A stretch of 64,000 bases of DNA from an uncultured bacterium. GTDB taxonomy: Bacteria > Cyanobacteriota > Vampirovibrionia > Gastranaerophilales > Gastranaerophilaceae. The notes below the pieces were generated by a model. That model did not search any database, had not been told where the DNA came from, and worked only from the letters and a program-made list of their open reading frames with translations. The position numbers and the translations under genes are program-made. Of the stretch, positions 36,711-48,595 are shown one piece after another. The stretch is from contig CASEYP010000002.1 in the NCBI GenBank assembly GCA_949292185.1, forward strand, positions 46,142 to 110,141, in the 5' to 3' direction. The first letter of the stretch is position 1. Each line of letters begins with the position of its first letter.

Positions 36711-39700
36711 TTATTTAACTAATACTAAATTTTTACCACATTCATCTGTTTTATTTTCATAAGCCTTACAAATCGTTCTGGAATTAGGCTTAACATCATA
36801 TCTGCCGGTAAATGTTAATGGTGTATCTTTCGGAACAGAATAAAGGATTAATGTCGTATCATTTAGAGGAATTGAACCATCACCTGATCCTCGCTTGATG
36901 AAATATTTACCATCAATCTCATTGACATAATATTTATCATTCTCATCCTTTGCATTCACAAATTCAGTACCAGGTTTCAAGCCAGGGATACCAACTCCGC
37001 CTTCACCATCAATATAAACCGTTTTCTCGCCACCATTGCCGGTGCGTTGAACATCAAAGTTCAATTTTATAGAATCTAAAACAATATTATCTTGTTTATA
37101 TTCACGTCTGTGATCAGTATGAAGAGCTGAAGTATTAAATAATGAAATTGCCATTCTACCGTCAGGGCTCTGTCTAAAGATAGCAGGAACTTTAACATGT
37201 TCTTTTGAATCTTGTAACGGTAAAGTATAAACTGCACCATTATTCAAAGCATTACATTTTGGATTTCTACGAACTGCCATAACTTCATCAAAATATTTCT
37301 TATATTTTGCAATAAATGGTTTATATTTAGTTGCGTCAGTGAAATCCAACCATTCATCATGAACTCTTTGACGACCTTGTAAGAACATATTCTTAGTTTT
37401 TGTATCATAACCAGTTGCACCTACATCGTCGCCATCAAATAAAGTTGGCATACCTGGTAATGCTACAACATATTTCATCATACCTAAGACTTTTGATAAT
37501 GCAGGCTTCATAACAGCTTCAAACACGTCATTTTCATAATCTGCATCAGCTCCAGGTGGTAATTGGAAACCATATTGACTTCTAGCTTGTTTTAACACCA
37601 TTGATATTGTTACATCAATAGGTTTTACACCAAACGCATCCGGATCAAATCGTTTGCCCATAAATTTACCTTGAGCTAAATCAGAAATAGCTTTACTTAT
37701 TGGTATGAAAGCTTTATTAAACTGTTCATCAGAACCCAATTCATTTCTATATTTATCTCTATAATTATTTAAGACATCAATAAATGCAGGTCTTAAAGCA
37801 TCTGCCATAGCAATAGCTTTTGGTGATACTGCAGAGAAATCATAATTATCAACTTCTGCATCTGAAATTGGTTCTAAGAATTTATCTTTAATAATTTGGT
37901 AAGCCTTACGTCTATTTTCACGACCTTCTACATAGTTCAAATCACAGTAGAATAATGACATATCCAAAGCTGCACAATGCAATGCTCTAGGTTTATCATG
38001 GTTACCTATAAATGTATAAGCATACATTACAGAATCCAAGCCTCCGGATCTGATAAACGGATTATTTCCACCTACCATTTTTTCAAATATTACTTTTTGA
38101 AGATAATTACTATCTGTAAAATATGTACCATCTTCAAAATCTTTTGCAAACATATTTGAAATTAATCTAAACCAATGAGTATAATTTGCAGTTGAAGACA
38201 TGCCTGTTTCTCTTTGGAATTTAGAAACAATGTCATTGAACTTGTTAGGGAATTTTCTAGAAGCACTTCCATAGCCTCTTTCGTGCAAATTGATTTCATC
38301 AGTAATTTCTGCAACCGTATAAGCATTTGGATTAATCTTAATAACGCCCTGAGTAAATTTATTCCAGAAATTAATAACTTGTTGCCAAGTATATTCAAAG
38401 TTTGTATTTGTGTTACGTAAAGCTTCAACATCAGCAATATCTTTTGCAGCGTCAATTCTCCAATCTAAACCTGATTGTGCTTTATCAATAATTAAATCTG
38501 CTAATTGGAAACTTGCGAGATTTGTATCTTTTAAGGTTCTGACCATAGATTCAACAATTTCACTATCTATAGATGAATCCAAATTCTTCATTCCTTTACG
38601 TAAACGATGTAACAACATCTGAGCTTCATCTTTAGGTGATGCAGGATTTAGAATACCTATACCTTGTAATGATAATTGCTTTAATTCTTTATAATCGTAT
38701 GATAATTCACCACTTGAAGAATTTATTGCAACAGTAACATTCGGATCTAATGATTTTATAACTGCATATTTAGCAATCATCGGCAACAATATTGGTAACG
38801 CGTATTTACCAAATTCAGTAACTTCATCACCATCAAATAATTTCTTATCATCCGGTAATACAGAATCAACTTGATCCAATACTGTAGTTGCAAAATTAGA
38901 CATTTCCTGAGTATAGATTTTATCCATCTGCTCATATGTATCTTTATACTCTGCAGGAAGATGTTTATTACCTTCTTTATAGATTTGATATCTTGGAACA
39001 GCAATATCAGAAGGAACTACCGCTCTTTTTGAAATCAATGGAGATGCTAATACTGAAACAATGTTGTCCCCTAATTCAAAAGAATCCAATGGAGTATTCA
39101 TCAAACCTTCTAAGATTTGAGATTTCTTGTCTTCATTTGATAATACTCTTTTATTATTATAAAAACCTTCTAATACATTTTCCACTTCAGTTTTTGAAAC
39201 TTCTGCCTTCAATGATTTAGGGAAAATCTTATTATTAGACATATCTACGATTTGACTATAAACTTTAGACGGATTATTTACATCCACGTTTCTTAAAGTT
39301 TGTGCTACATACAATCTTAAAATATCATCAGTCTTAGCTGTCCAATATTGTCCTGAAGATATAGCATAATCTTGAACTTGCATATTACCGCGAATAATTT
39401 TCTTCATTTCGCGTTTTCTCTCATCTACAGGCAAGTTAATTAAAGACTTTGTATCAGCATTTGAAAATACAAAATTCAATTTTGCAATATCAGGGTTAGC
39501 ATCCCAAGTTTCAAAACCACTTTCGTATTTACCATCGACTACAAAGTTTCTGAATTTAGATAAGAATCTTGAACCCATTGGACCATTCATTGTAATTGGT
39601 CTATCCGGATTCATATCATTATATTTATTTAAGTTTTTAATATTATCATTATAAGTTTCAGGATTTATTTCAAATGCGTATGGGAACACTGAATCATTAT

Positions 39701-40871
39701 GAGAATGTAAATCATATACATTTGGAGTACTCATCTTTGAATAAGTTTTTATCAAAGATTTATTATCATTTCTTTCTTCTTCAGTAACTAAACGTGTATC
39801 AAAGAATTGAATGTATGTTGGTTTTTTAGGATCATAAGCTCTATTTTTCTTAATTGAAATATGCCCAATTCTATTTTGAGAATATGAATAAGGTGAGTTT
39901 ACTATTTTATGTGAAATATAATCTTTATTCTTTACAAAAACGCCCAAAGATAAAGGATTATTCTTTATCCCTGATGCTCTAAACCAATTTATATATGGAG
40001 AATCATCACCCCATTTTAAAATATGTTTAAAGTGAACACCTTCCAAACCTTCATTGACAAAAGCACCATCTGAAACAAAATTCAAACCATGCGCAAACAT
40101 TTTTCTCTGTAAAGAAGCATAATTATTTATATTACCAAGAGAACTTGCCATCTGCATACAGTTTTTATTCCAATAAGCATGGGCTGTAAAATCATCATCT
40201 GTAAATATTGGTAATGAAATTATTCTGCTATAACCATCATAATCGCCTTTATCTACAGCATATTCTAAACCTGCCAAAGTGCCACCAAACTTATTAGCTA
40301 CAGTTTTAATACCCTTTTCGCCTCTTTCAGCAAGTTTTTCATCTCTAACAATCATGTTTTGGTCATTATATACATACCCTACCTTTTGGGAATCTATAAT
40401 AACCAATTTCATGGCTCCACCTTTAGATAAGTTAGATTTTGTAGGTACAACTATATTAAATATATTTCTATTTTCATTAGCGCTTGAACGTTCATCTATA
40501 ATTTCACCGGCATCAACTCTGGTCTTTGTATAACCGGTCTTTTTATCAACTAAAAGGAAATGATATGCAAAAGCTTGATTATCGTCAAAACCATACTTTC
40601 TTGCCAAATCAACTTTATTTACACCAGGTTTTAACTCAATATTGTCTTTACCGTCACGAGAATAGGCTTTACCTGTAGAAAAATAATTGCCATATCTATC
40701 TTGATCTAATTTATAGATTTCAAGATAACATCTATCTTTATTCTCGTCATACGGATAAGAAAATTCAAATTCTCTAAAACCTTGATCTGATTTATCAAAC
40801 TTATACCCTTGAAATGCAACTGAATTATTATTTTCAGCCTTATTCTTCTTTAAATCAAAATTTACTTTCAC
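36711..40871 (-). CDS. Giant GH13 (alpha-amylase family)-like protein, no signal peptide
   Basis: 1386 aa. GH13 landmarks by eye: GGTLAGLEY...SLPIFT...HAYW; region I NFVSDGAFVNEG (aa 264-275); region II LDWRIDAAKD (802-811); region III TVAEITDE (852-859); region IV FIGNHDKPR (954-962). Confidence 0.7.
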   Translation of the reverse strand: MKVNFDLKKNKAENNNSVAFQGYKFDKSDQGFREFEFSYPYDENKDRCYLEIYKLDQDRYGNYFSTGKAYSRDGKDNIELKPGVNKVDLARKYGFDDNQAFAYHFLLVDKKTGYTKTRVDAGEIIDERSSANENRNIFNIVVPTKSNLSKGGAMKLVIIDSQKVGYVYNDQNMIVRDEKLAERGEKGIKTVANKFGGTLAGLEYAVDKGDYDGYSRIISLPIFTDDDFTAHAYWNKNCMQMASSLGNINNYASLQRKMFAHGLNFVSDGAFVNEGLEGVHFKHILKWGDDSPYINWFRASGIKNNPLSLGVFVKNKDYISHKIVNSPYSYSQNRIGHISIKKNRAYDPKKPTYIQFFDTRLVTEEERNDNKSLIKTYSKMSTPNVYDLHSHNDSVFPYAFEINPETYNDNIKNLNKYNDMNPDRPITMNGPMGSRFLSKFRNFVVDGKYESGFETWDANPDIAKLNFVFSNADTKSLINLPVDERKREMKKIIRGNMQVQDYAISSGQYWTAKTDDILRLYVAQTLRNVDVNNPSKVYSQIVDMSNNKIFPKSLKAEVSKTEVENVLEGFYNNKRVLSNEDKKSQILEGLMNTPLDSFELGDNIVSVLASPLISKRAVVPSDIAVPRYQIYKEGNKHLPAEYKDTYEQMDKIYTQEMSNFATTVLDQVDSVLPDDKKLFDGDEVTEFGKYALPILLPMIAKYAVIKSLDPNVTVAINSSSGELSYDYKELKQLSLQGIGILNPASPKDEAQMLLHRLRKGMKNLDSSIDSEIVESMVRTLKDTNLASFQLADLIIDKAQSGLDWRIDAAKDIADVEALRNTNTNFEYTWQQVINFWNKFTQGVIKINPNAYTVAEITDEINLHERGYGSASRKFPNKFNDIVSKFQRETGMSSTANYTHWFRLISNMFAKDFEDGTYFTDSNYLQKVIFEKMVGGNNPFIRSGGLDSVMYAYTFIGNHDKPRALHCAALDMSLFYCDLNYVEGRENRRKAYQIIKDKFLEPISDAEVDNYDFSAVSPKAIAMADALRPAFIDVLNNYRDKYRNELGSDEQFNKAFIPISKAISDLAQGKFMGKRFDPDAFGVKPIDVTISMVLKQARSQYGFQLPPGADADYENDVFEAVMKPALSKVLGMMKYVVALPGMPTLFDGDDVGATGYDTKTKNMFLQGRQRVHDEWLDFTDATKYKPFIAKYKKYFDEVMAVRRNPKCNALNNGAVYTLPLQDSKEHVKVPAIFRQSPDGRMAISLFNTSALHTDHRREYKQDNIVLDSIKLNFDVQRTGNGGEKTVYIDGEGGVGIPGLKPGTEFVNAKDENDKYYVNEIDGKYFIKRGSGDGSIPLNDTTLILYSVPKDTPLTFTGRYDVKPNSRTICKAYENKTDECGKNLVLVK

Positions 40872-40973
40872 ACCTTACTCCTTAGTGTCAATTATAACAA
40901 CTCTGAATATTTTTTTTTGATATATGTAAGAGCATTATTAAGAAAATTTTACAATGATTTCAAAAACTTATAA

Positions 40974-42317
<1,344 letters not shown>

Positions 42318-42333
42318 TTAAAAATATATAAAA

Positions 42334-42366
42334 AGAGGGTCTTGAAATTTCAAGGCCCTCTTTTTT
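42334..42366 (+). terminator. Terminator of ahcY
   Basis: AGAGGGTCTTG...CAAGGCCCTCT stem (one G.U pair) followed by TTTTTT. Confidence 0.8.
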
Positions 42367-42384
42367 GTTACACCATATAAAACT

Positions 42385-43443
42385 TTAGTTATCTGTTTTT
42401 TCAAGTTCTGCTTGGTTTTTATTATGAATAAGAGAAGAAATAAATGCAGCAACAATGAATACTAAACCTATCAAGCCAGTAACAACTTCTGGAATTTCTT
42501 TAACTGTTGTAACCAACATAATTATTGCCAAAGCCCCAATAGCCCAATGAGCACCGTGCTCTAAATATAAAAATTTTGCAAGTGTTTTCTTTTCAACAAG
42601 CATAATAGTTAAAGATCTTACAAACATAGCACCAATAGCAAGACCAATTGTAATAATCAATACATCTTTACTTAAAGCAAAAGCTCCTAAAACGCCATCT
42701 AATGAAAATGAAGCATCAATCAATTCCAAATAGATAAAACTTATAAGTCCTGCACATTTGATACCACCTGCTGCACATTGAGCATTTTGCATTTCTTCGT
42801 GTCTTTCCAAAAAGTGTGCTACACCATCTATAACCAAATAAGTTATAATACCTGCCATTCCTGCAATAATAACATTAACTTTGTTATCTTGAGGAATATA
42901 GTGTTGAACAAAAATTAACATCAATAATGATATAACAATTTCAATTCCTCTTATATGATCTAATGTTGATAAAGGCTTTTCAATAGGAGTAATCCAGTGA
43001 ACAGTTTTCTTATGATCAAAGAAGTAATTAAGAAATAACATAATCAAAAACATACCGCCAAAAGTAACAATTGGAGCATGTGTAGCATGCAAATAACTTG
43101 CGTATTTATCCGAATCGGTTAACGCAATTTTAGTAACTGTAATCATATCCAAATTTGCAAAAATTGCTACAACCAAAACCGGGAATAAAAATCTCATACC
43201 AAAAACGGCAATCAAAATACCCCAAGTTAAAAATCTATGACGCCATTTATGACTCATTTTTTCTAACTTCATAGCATTTACGACAGCGTTATCAAAAGAT
43301 AAACTTGTTTCTAACACCGCCAACACTAAAACAATAAAAACACAAGCTAAGCCTGTCCCTGAATGAACATGTTCACCCCATAGATAGGCCCAAATTACCC
43401 CTGTAATTGTAATAATATATGAGCCTAAAAAATATTCCAACAT
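42385..43443 (-). CDS. TerC-superfamily (DUF475-like) integral membrane protein
   Basis: 352 aa polytopic. ETSLSFDNAVVNA and DASFSLDGVLGAFA repeat motifs (family recalled from memory). Confidence 0.55.
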   Translation of the reverse strand: MLEYFLGSYIITITGVIWAYLWGEHVHSGTGLACVFIVLVLAVLETSLSFDNAVVNAMKLEKMSHKWRHRFLTWGILIAVFGMRFLFPVLVVAIFANLDMITVTKIALTDSDKYASYLHATHAPIVTFGGMFLIMLFLNYFFDHKKTVHWITPIEKPLSTLDHIRGIEIVISLLMLIFVQHYIPQDNKVNVIIAGMAGIITYLVIDGVAHFLERHEEMQNAQCAAGGIKCAGLISFIYLELIDASFSLDGVLGAFALSKDVLIITIGLAIGAMFVRSLTIMLVEKKTLAKFLYLEHGAHWAIGALAIIMLVTTVKEIPEVVTGLIGLVFIVAAFISSLIHNKNQAELEKTDN

Positions 43444-43574
43444 AACATACTACCTCTCTTTTATATTACAGCTATATAATAGCGAAAAATTCAATAAATA
43501 ATATCCTATAAAAAAACGAAAAGACTCTTATAAAAGAGTCCTTCCGTCTGTATAATAAATCTATTAATAAACAT

Positions 43575-43991
43575 CTAATTCATATCACTGCTGCTTGGGA
43601 CATAATATTGGAAAGTATCAGGTCCATTATTTGGAAATACCAACTGGAATGGTTGATTTCTTCTAATCAAACCAGCTTTTCCTTTAAATACGGCAGGAAC
43701 TTCTTTTTCAATCGGAAGTTGTTCTTCTTGATAATTTACATAACTAATAGGGATAAATACAAATCCGCCATTTTGTTGAGGTTGAACCTTACCAGTAACT
43801 TGGAAACCTTGGAACAACATTAAATCATAATTAAGTCTTGTATTTGCATTCATTTGTACATGCAAAACTTGAGGAGGATTAGTTGTTTGGAAATCTTCCA
43901 ATGCTGTAACCTGAATAGTTTTAGCGTTTACACCCTGAGCCAAAGTCAATGAAAGGACAAAAGCCGTAAATGCCATAAATAATCTTTTCAT
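43575..43991 (-). CDS. Secreted protein, paralogue of the upstream gene
   Basis: 138 aa with a signal peptide ending AQGVNA. Mature N-terminus KTIQVTALEDFQTTNPPQVLHVQM parallels QTIEVYSLNKFSTENPPKSISIKL in the neighbour. Confidence 0.6.
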   Translation of the reverse strand: MKRLFMAFTAFVLSLTLAQGVNAKTIQVTALEDFQTTNPPQVLHVQMNANTRLNYDLMLFQGFQVTGKVQPQQNGGFVFIPISYVNYQEEQLPIEKEVPAVFKGKAGLIRRNQPFQLVFPNNGPDTFQYYVPSSSDMN

Positions 43992-43998
43992 CTTTTAC

Positions 43999-44652
43999 TT
44001 ACTCCTTTTCTATTTCAAATGTATAATTTTGACCTTTTATAGTATTTTCATTACCTGCATCAATATCATCATTCTTAGAATCAATATCCTTAAACTTCAA
44101 AAAGAAAGGTTGATTAATAGAAATATTAATATCTTCACCTTTCTCTACATAAGAAAAAGGTGATGCTTCATAAACAGAAACGGCTGAAGATTTAACTCTG
44201 TTACCTTCTTCATTTTTAACCGCACCTGATACTGCTGCAACTCCCATCGATAAACCTTTTACAAAGAAATTACCAACTCCTAAAGCGGCATTTTTTGCAA
44301 CTTGACCTTTATCAATAGGTTCTGTATATGATGCTGTAATGTTCGAAGTTATCTGGTATGTTTTTCCGTCCAAATCGATATAACTTACAGGCTTAAAAGA
44401 AAAATCCGCATCGCGTTTCAATCTTTTCGGGCTAACTACATCAAACAAATCGCCTTTCATTATCACTCCTGCTTTATAAACTTCAGATTCTGAAATTTCT
44501 AAAGGTTCCAGAAGTTTTATAGAAATTGACTTTGGAGGATTCTCTGTTGAAAACTTATTCAACGAATAAACCTCAATAGTCTGGGCATATGCTTGTGTAT
44601 ACATACAAGATATTAATATTATAAAACCTGTAAATATATTTTTTTGCCACAT
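43999..44652 (-). CDS. Secreted protein, unknown function
   Basis: 217 aa with a signal peptide ending TQAYA. Its own TTGAAT-N17-TATTAT promoter-like element lies in the 65-nt gap after uvrA. Confidence 0.6.
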   Translation of the reverse strand: MWQKNIFTGFIILISCMYTQAYAQTIEVYSLNKFSTENPPKSISIKLLEPLEISESEVYKAGVIMKGDLFDVVSPKRLKRDADFSFKPVSYIDLDGKTYQITSNITASYTEPIDKGQVAKNAALGVGNFFVKGLSMGVAAVSGAVKNEEGNRVKSSAVSVYEASPFSYVEKGEDINISINQPFFLKFKDIDSKNDDIDAGNENTIKGQNYTFEIEKE

Positions 44653-44717
44653 AAAAACACCTTATCTATGTTTACATAATAGCAAATTCTTCACTAAAAT
44701 TCAAATACTCTATAATA

Positions 44718-47552
44718 TCAAGCTTTTTTAAGATATTTAGATAAATATTTACCGGTATAAGAATCTTTACATTTCATAATATCTTCAGGTGTTCCTTGAG
44801 CAATCACTCTACCGCCATCAACACCGCCTTCAGGCCCCAAATCTATAATATGATCTGCAATTTTAATCAAATCAAGATTATGTTCAATCATTAAAATAGT
44901 ATTACCCTGATCAGCCAAAGCTTGTAATATTTTTGCAAGTTTATCCAAATCAGCCCAATGTAAACCAACAGACGGCTCATCAAGTAAATATAAAGTTTTG
45001 CCTGTAGAACGCTTATTTAATTCAGACGCCAATTTTATACGCTGAGCTTCACCACCTGATAATGTTGTAGCACTTTGACCTAATTTCATATAATCAAGTC
45101 CAACGTCATACAAAGTTTGAAGTTTATTTTTAATAGATGGAATACTATCAAAAAAGTCTAAAGCTTCTTTTACACTCATATCAAGTACATCTGCAATAGT
45201 TTTGCCTTTATATTTAACTTCCAAAGTTTCTCTATTGTATCGCATACCCTTGCAAACATCACATTTTACATAGACATCAGATAAAAAGTTCATTTCAATT
45301 TTAACAAGACCGTCGCCCTTGCAAGCTTCACATCTTCCGCCTTTAACATTAAAACTAAATCTTCCGGGTTTATAACCTCTTACCTTTGATTCATTAGTTC
45401 TGGCAAATAATTCTCTAATAGGTGTAAATACATCCGTATAAGTTGCAGGATTAGAACGAGGAGTTCTACCTATTGGCGACTGATCGATATCAATAATTTT
45501 ATCTATATATTCAAAACCAAGAATTTCATCTACACCTTGAGGTTTTGGCTTATTCTTTCTCAATTTATGAGCGGCATACTCAAATAAAATATCTTGCATC
45601 AAAGTTGATTTACCAGAGCCTGAAACCCCTGTTAATATAACAATTTTACCCAACGGAATATCAACATTAATATGCTTCAAATTATTCAAATAAGCATTTT
45701 TTATTTGTAAATAATGTCCATTACCTTCTCGAATTTTATCGGGAACAGGAATATACTTTTCTCCGCTCAAATACTTACCAGTAATAGATGCTTTAGCCGC
45801 AATAATATCATCCACAGAACCCTGTGCAATAATTTTACCACCGGCAACACCTGCTCTTGGACCGATATCAACAATATAATCTGCACTTCTTATGGTATCT
45901 TCATCGTGTTCAACAACAATCAATGTATTACCCAAATTTCTCAACTTAAACAGAGTCTTAATAAGCATATCATTATCGCGTTGATGTAACCCTATAGAAG
46001 GCTCATCTAGGACATATAAAACACCGCTTAAGCCACTACCAATTTGAGAAGCCAAACGAATTCTTTGAGATTCACCACCTGACAAAGTTCCTGCCATACG
46101 AGCCAAGTCTAAATAATGTAAACCTACATCACATAAGAATTTCAACCTTGCTCGAATTTCATCCAAAATTTGTTTTGCAATTTTCAACTGATATTCTGTC
46201 AAGTCCAAATACAATTCTGTTATAAATTGTAATTCATCATCAACAGACATCTTTGTAAATTCATAAATATTTTTATCTTTAATTTTAACTGCTAATGGAA
46301 AAGGTTTTAACCTTGCGCCATGGCAAACAGGACATGGCTTTGCGACCATAAATTTCTCAATTTCTTCACGCCAATAATCACCATTTGAATCATTATATCT
46401 TTTTTCCAAAAACGGAATAACTCCGACAAATGGCTGCAAATTAGTTTGATAACGACTTGTTCCAAATTGTTTAACTCTGATTTTTATAGGATCCTCAGAA
46501 CCATACAAAATAATATTTTGCTGCTCCTTTGTCAATTTTTCAAAAGGAGTATCCATATCTATATTGTAAGCACTACAAACTGAACTTAATAAATCATGAT
46601 AATAAGTTGTAGCACTACGAGAAGCCCAAGCATATATTGCTCCCTCATTTAAAGATAAAGATTTATCCGGAACAATCAAATCAGGATCAACAACAAAATC
46701 TGCCCCCAAACCTGAACATCTTTCACAAGCTCCGTAAGGCGCATTAAATGAAAAGATTCTTGGTGTCAATTCTTCAAAACTAATATTACAATCAGGACAA
46801 GCCAACTTTTCACTAAAAACGATTTCTTTATCGCCAACAACATCAACAATAACAATACCGTCAGCATTTTTTAATGAAATCTGAACACTATCAGCTAACC
46901 TTGATCTTGCAGATTCTTTAACAACAATTCTATCAACAACAATACTTATATCGTGTTTTTTCGTTTTTGCTAACTCAATTTCATCTTCATCAAGACTGTA
47001 AGTTTCTCCATCAACCTTAACTCTGACAAATCCTTCTTGTCTTAATTCTTCAAATAAAGATGAATATTCACCTTTCTTACCTCTTACAACAGGAGCTAAT
47101 ATCTGAATTTTAACACCTTCACCAAGTGCTAAAATTTTATTTATAATTTCATCCAAAGTTTGAGGTTTAATTTTTCTTCCGCAAACAGGACAATATGGAG
47201 TCCCAACTCTTGCATATAAAAGTCTTAGATAATCATAAATTTCCGTAATAGTACCAACTGTAGATCTTGGATTATTACTTTTTGACTTCTGATCAATAGA
47301 AATTGCAGGAGATAAACCATCAATATATTCAACATTAGGCTTGTCAAGCTGACCTAAAAACTGTCTTGCATAAGTTGACAAACTTTCAATATATCGCCTT
47401 TGACCTTCTGCAAAAATAGTATCAAAAGCTAATGAACTTTTGCCTGATCCTGAAACTCCGGTAAAAACAATAAGTTCATTTTTGGGGATTTCTAATGATA
47501 CATTTTTTAAATTATGTTCTTTTGCTCCAACAATTTTTATCTTCTCTGCCAT
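44718..47552 (-). CDS. uvrA: Excinuclease ABC subunit A
   Basis: 944 aa. Two ABC modules (GVSGSGKSS, GVSGSGKST, two LSGGE signatures) and Zn-finger Cys clusters. Confidence 0.97.
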   Translation of the reverse strand: MAEKIKIVGAKEHNLKNVSLEIPKNELIVFTGVSGSGKSSLAFDTIFAEGQRRYIESLSTYARQFLGQLDKPNVEYIDGLSPAISIDQKSKSNNPRSTVGTITEIYDYLRLLYARVGTPYCPVCGRKIKPQTLDEIINKILALGEGVKIQILAPVVRGKKGEYSSLFEELRQEGFVRVKVDGETYSLDEDEIELAKTKKHDISIVVDRIVVKESARSRLADSVQISLKNADGIVIVDVVGDKEIVFSEKLACPDCNISFEELTPRIFSFNAPYGACERCSGLGADFVVDPDLIVPDKSLSLNEGAIYAWASRSATTYYHDLLSSVCSAYNIDMDTPFEKLTKEQQNIILYGSEDPIKIRVKQFGTSRYQTNLQPFVGVIPFLEKRYNDSNGDYWREEIEKFMVAKPCPVCHGARLKPFPLAVKIKDKNIYEFTKMSVDDELQFITELYLDLTEYQLKIAKQILDEIRARLKFLCDVGLHYLDLARMAGTLSGGESQRIRLASQIGSGLSGVLYVLDEPSIGLHQRDNDMLIKTLFKLRNLGNTLIVVEHDEDTIRSADYIVDIGPRAGVAGGKIIAQGSVDDIIAAKASITGKYLSGEKYIPVPDKIREGNGHYLQIKNAYLNNLKHINVDIPLGKIVILTGVSGSGKSTLMQDILFEYAAHKLRKNKPKPQGVDEILGFEYIDKIIDIDQSPIGRTPRSNPATYTDVFTPIRELFARTNESKVRGYKPGRFSFNVKGGRCEACKGDGLVKIEMNFLSDVYVKCDVCKGMRYNRETLEVKYKGKTIADVLDMSVKEALDFFDSIPSIKNKLQTLYDVGLDYMKLGQSATTLSGGEAQRIKLASELNKRSTGKTLYLLDEPSVGLHWADLDKLAKILQALADQGNTILMIEHNLDLIKIADHIIDLGPEGGVDGGRVIAQGTPEDIMKCKDSYTGKYLSKYLKKA

Positions 47553-47695
47553 ACTGATATTATGATACGAGTATAAATAAATTTCAAATCATATAATGCT
47601 AACTTTACAAAAACATGAAAAAATGTTATAATATATATATCCTAGCCACTTAAAAAGCCATTAAATATTACCTTAATAAGAAAGGAAATATTTAA

Positions 47696-48424
47696 ATGGG
47701 CAAAAAATCTAAATATCCGGAATATTCATCCGGTAGTGTTGAAATTAACGGGAATACAGTTGCTACTGCAACAAAAAAAGATGACAATACCATAAGTAGT
47801 TCATACAACATGTCTGATACCGAAAAGAATATTTATGATGGCATCCAAAATAATTTAGCATCATCACTCGGAAGTTTATTTGATATCTCAGACTCAACAC
47901 AAAAGCAATGGCAAAATCAATTGGAAGCCTATAAACAAGAAGGCATCGACCAAATAAACAGCATCTATACACCAATGGAAACTGCATTAAAAAATGATAT
48001 CGCATCCAGATTTGGGAACTTTGACAACTCAATATTTATGGATAATCTAAGCAACATAACAGATAACAAAGCCAAAGCAGTTGCAGATTTGAGTGATTCA
48101 CTTGTAATGAAACAAGATGAATTATATACAAATGAACTTGCAAACAGAATAAATTACGTAACTTTATTAAGCAATCTAAACACTACAATGAACAACAATA
48201 TTCTAAATTATATGCAATTAGCAGACTCCAATGCAAATTCCGGCAACAACTATAACGCAAATGCATATAATGCACAAAATTCAGGCTCATCATTTCTAAG
48301 CGGTATAGCAGACATAGGCTCAACAGCATTATCCTTTATAAATCCATTAGCAGGAGCTGCATCAAAGCTAGGAACTTCAGCCCTAAAAACATCCTACACA
48401 AGTAACGGAAGCTTATACGCATAA
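47696..48424 (+). CDS. Asn/Ser-rich helical protein, unknown function, no signal peptide
   Basis: 242 aa. GAAAGGAAA RBS and a TGTTATAAT extended -10-like element upstream. Confidence 0.6.
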   Translation: MGKKSKYPEYSSGSVEINGNTVATATKKDDNTISSSYNMSDTEKNIYDGIQNNLASSLGSLFDISDSTQKQWQNQLEAYKQEGIDQINSIYTPMETALKNDIASRFGNFDNSIFMDNLSNITDNKAKAVADLSDSLVMKQDELYTNELANRINYVTLLSNLNTTMNNNILNYMQLADSNANSGNNYNANAYNAQNSGSSFLSGIADIGSTALSFINPLAGAASKLGTSALKTSYTSNGSLYA

Positions 48425-48564
48425 GCACATACGCAAATAAACCAAATATAAAAAAATAAGCAGGGAGGTTAGAAAAATTTAACAACTCTGCTTATTTTTA
48501 TCCAAATACAAACTAAAGACCAAGAAGAAATATTAAGATTTGTTACGAAAAGAACAGTATATAA

Positions 48565-48595
48565 GCAATTATTTACAAGATATATACTTTATATA
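48565..48595 (+). promoter_or_regulatory. Regulon motif site: GCAATT-N13-ATACTTTATATA
   Basis: Exact match, ending 29 nt upstream of the ATG at 48625. Confidence 0.6.
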
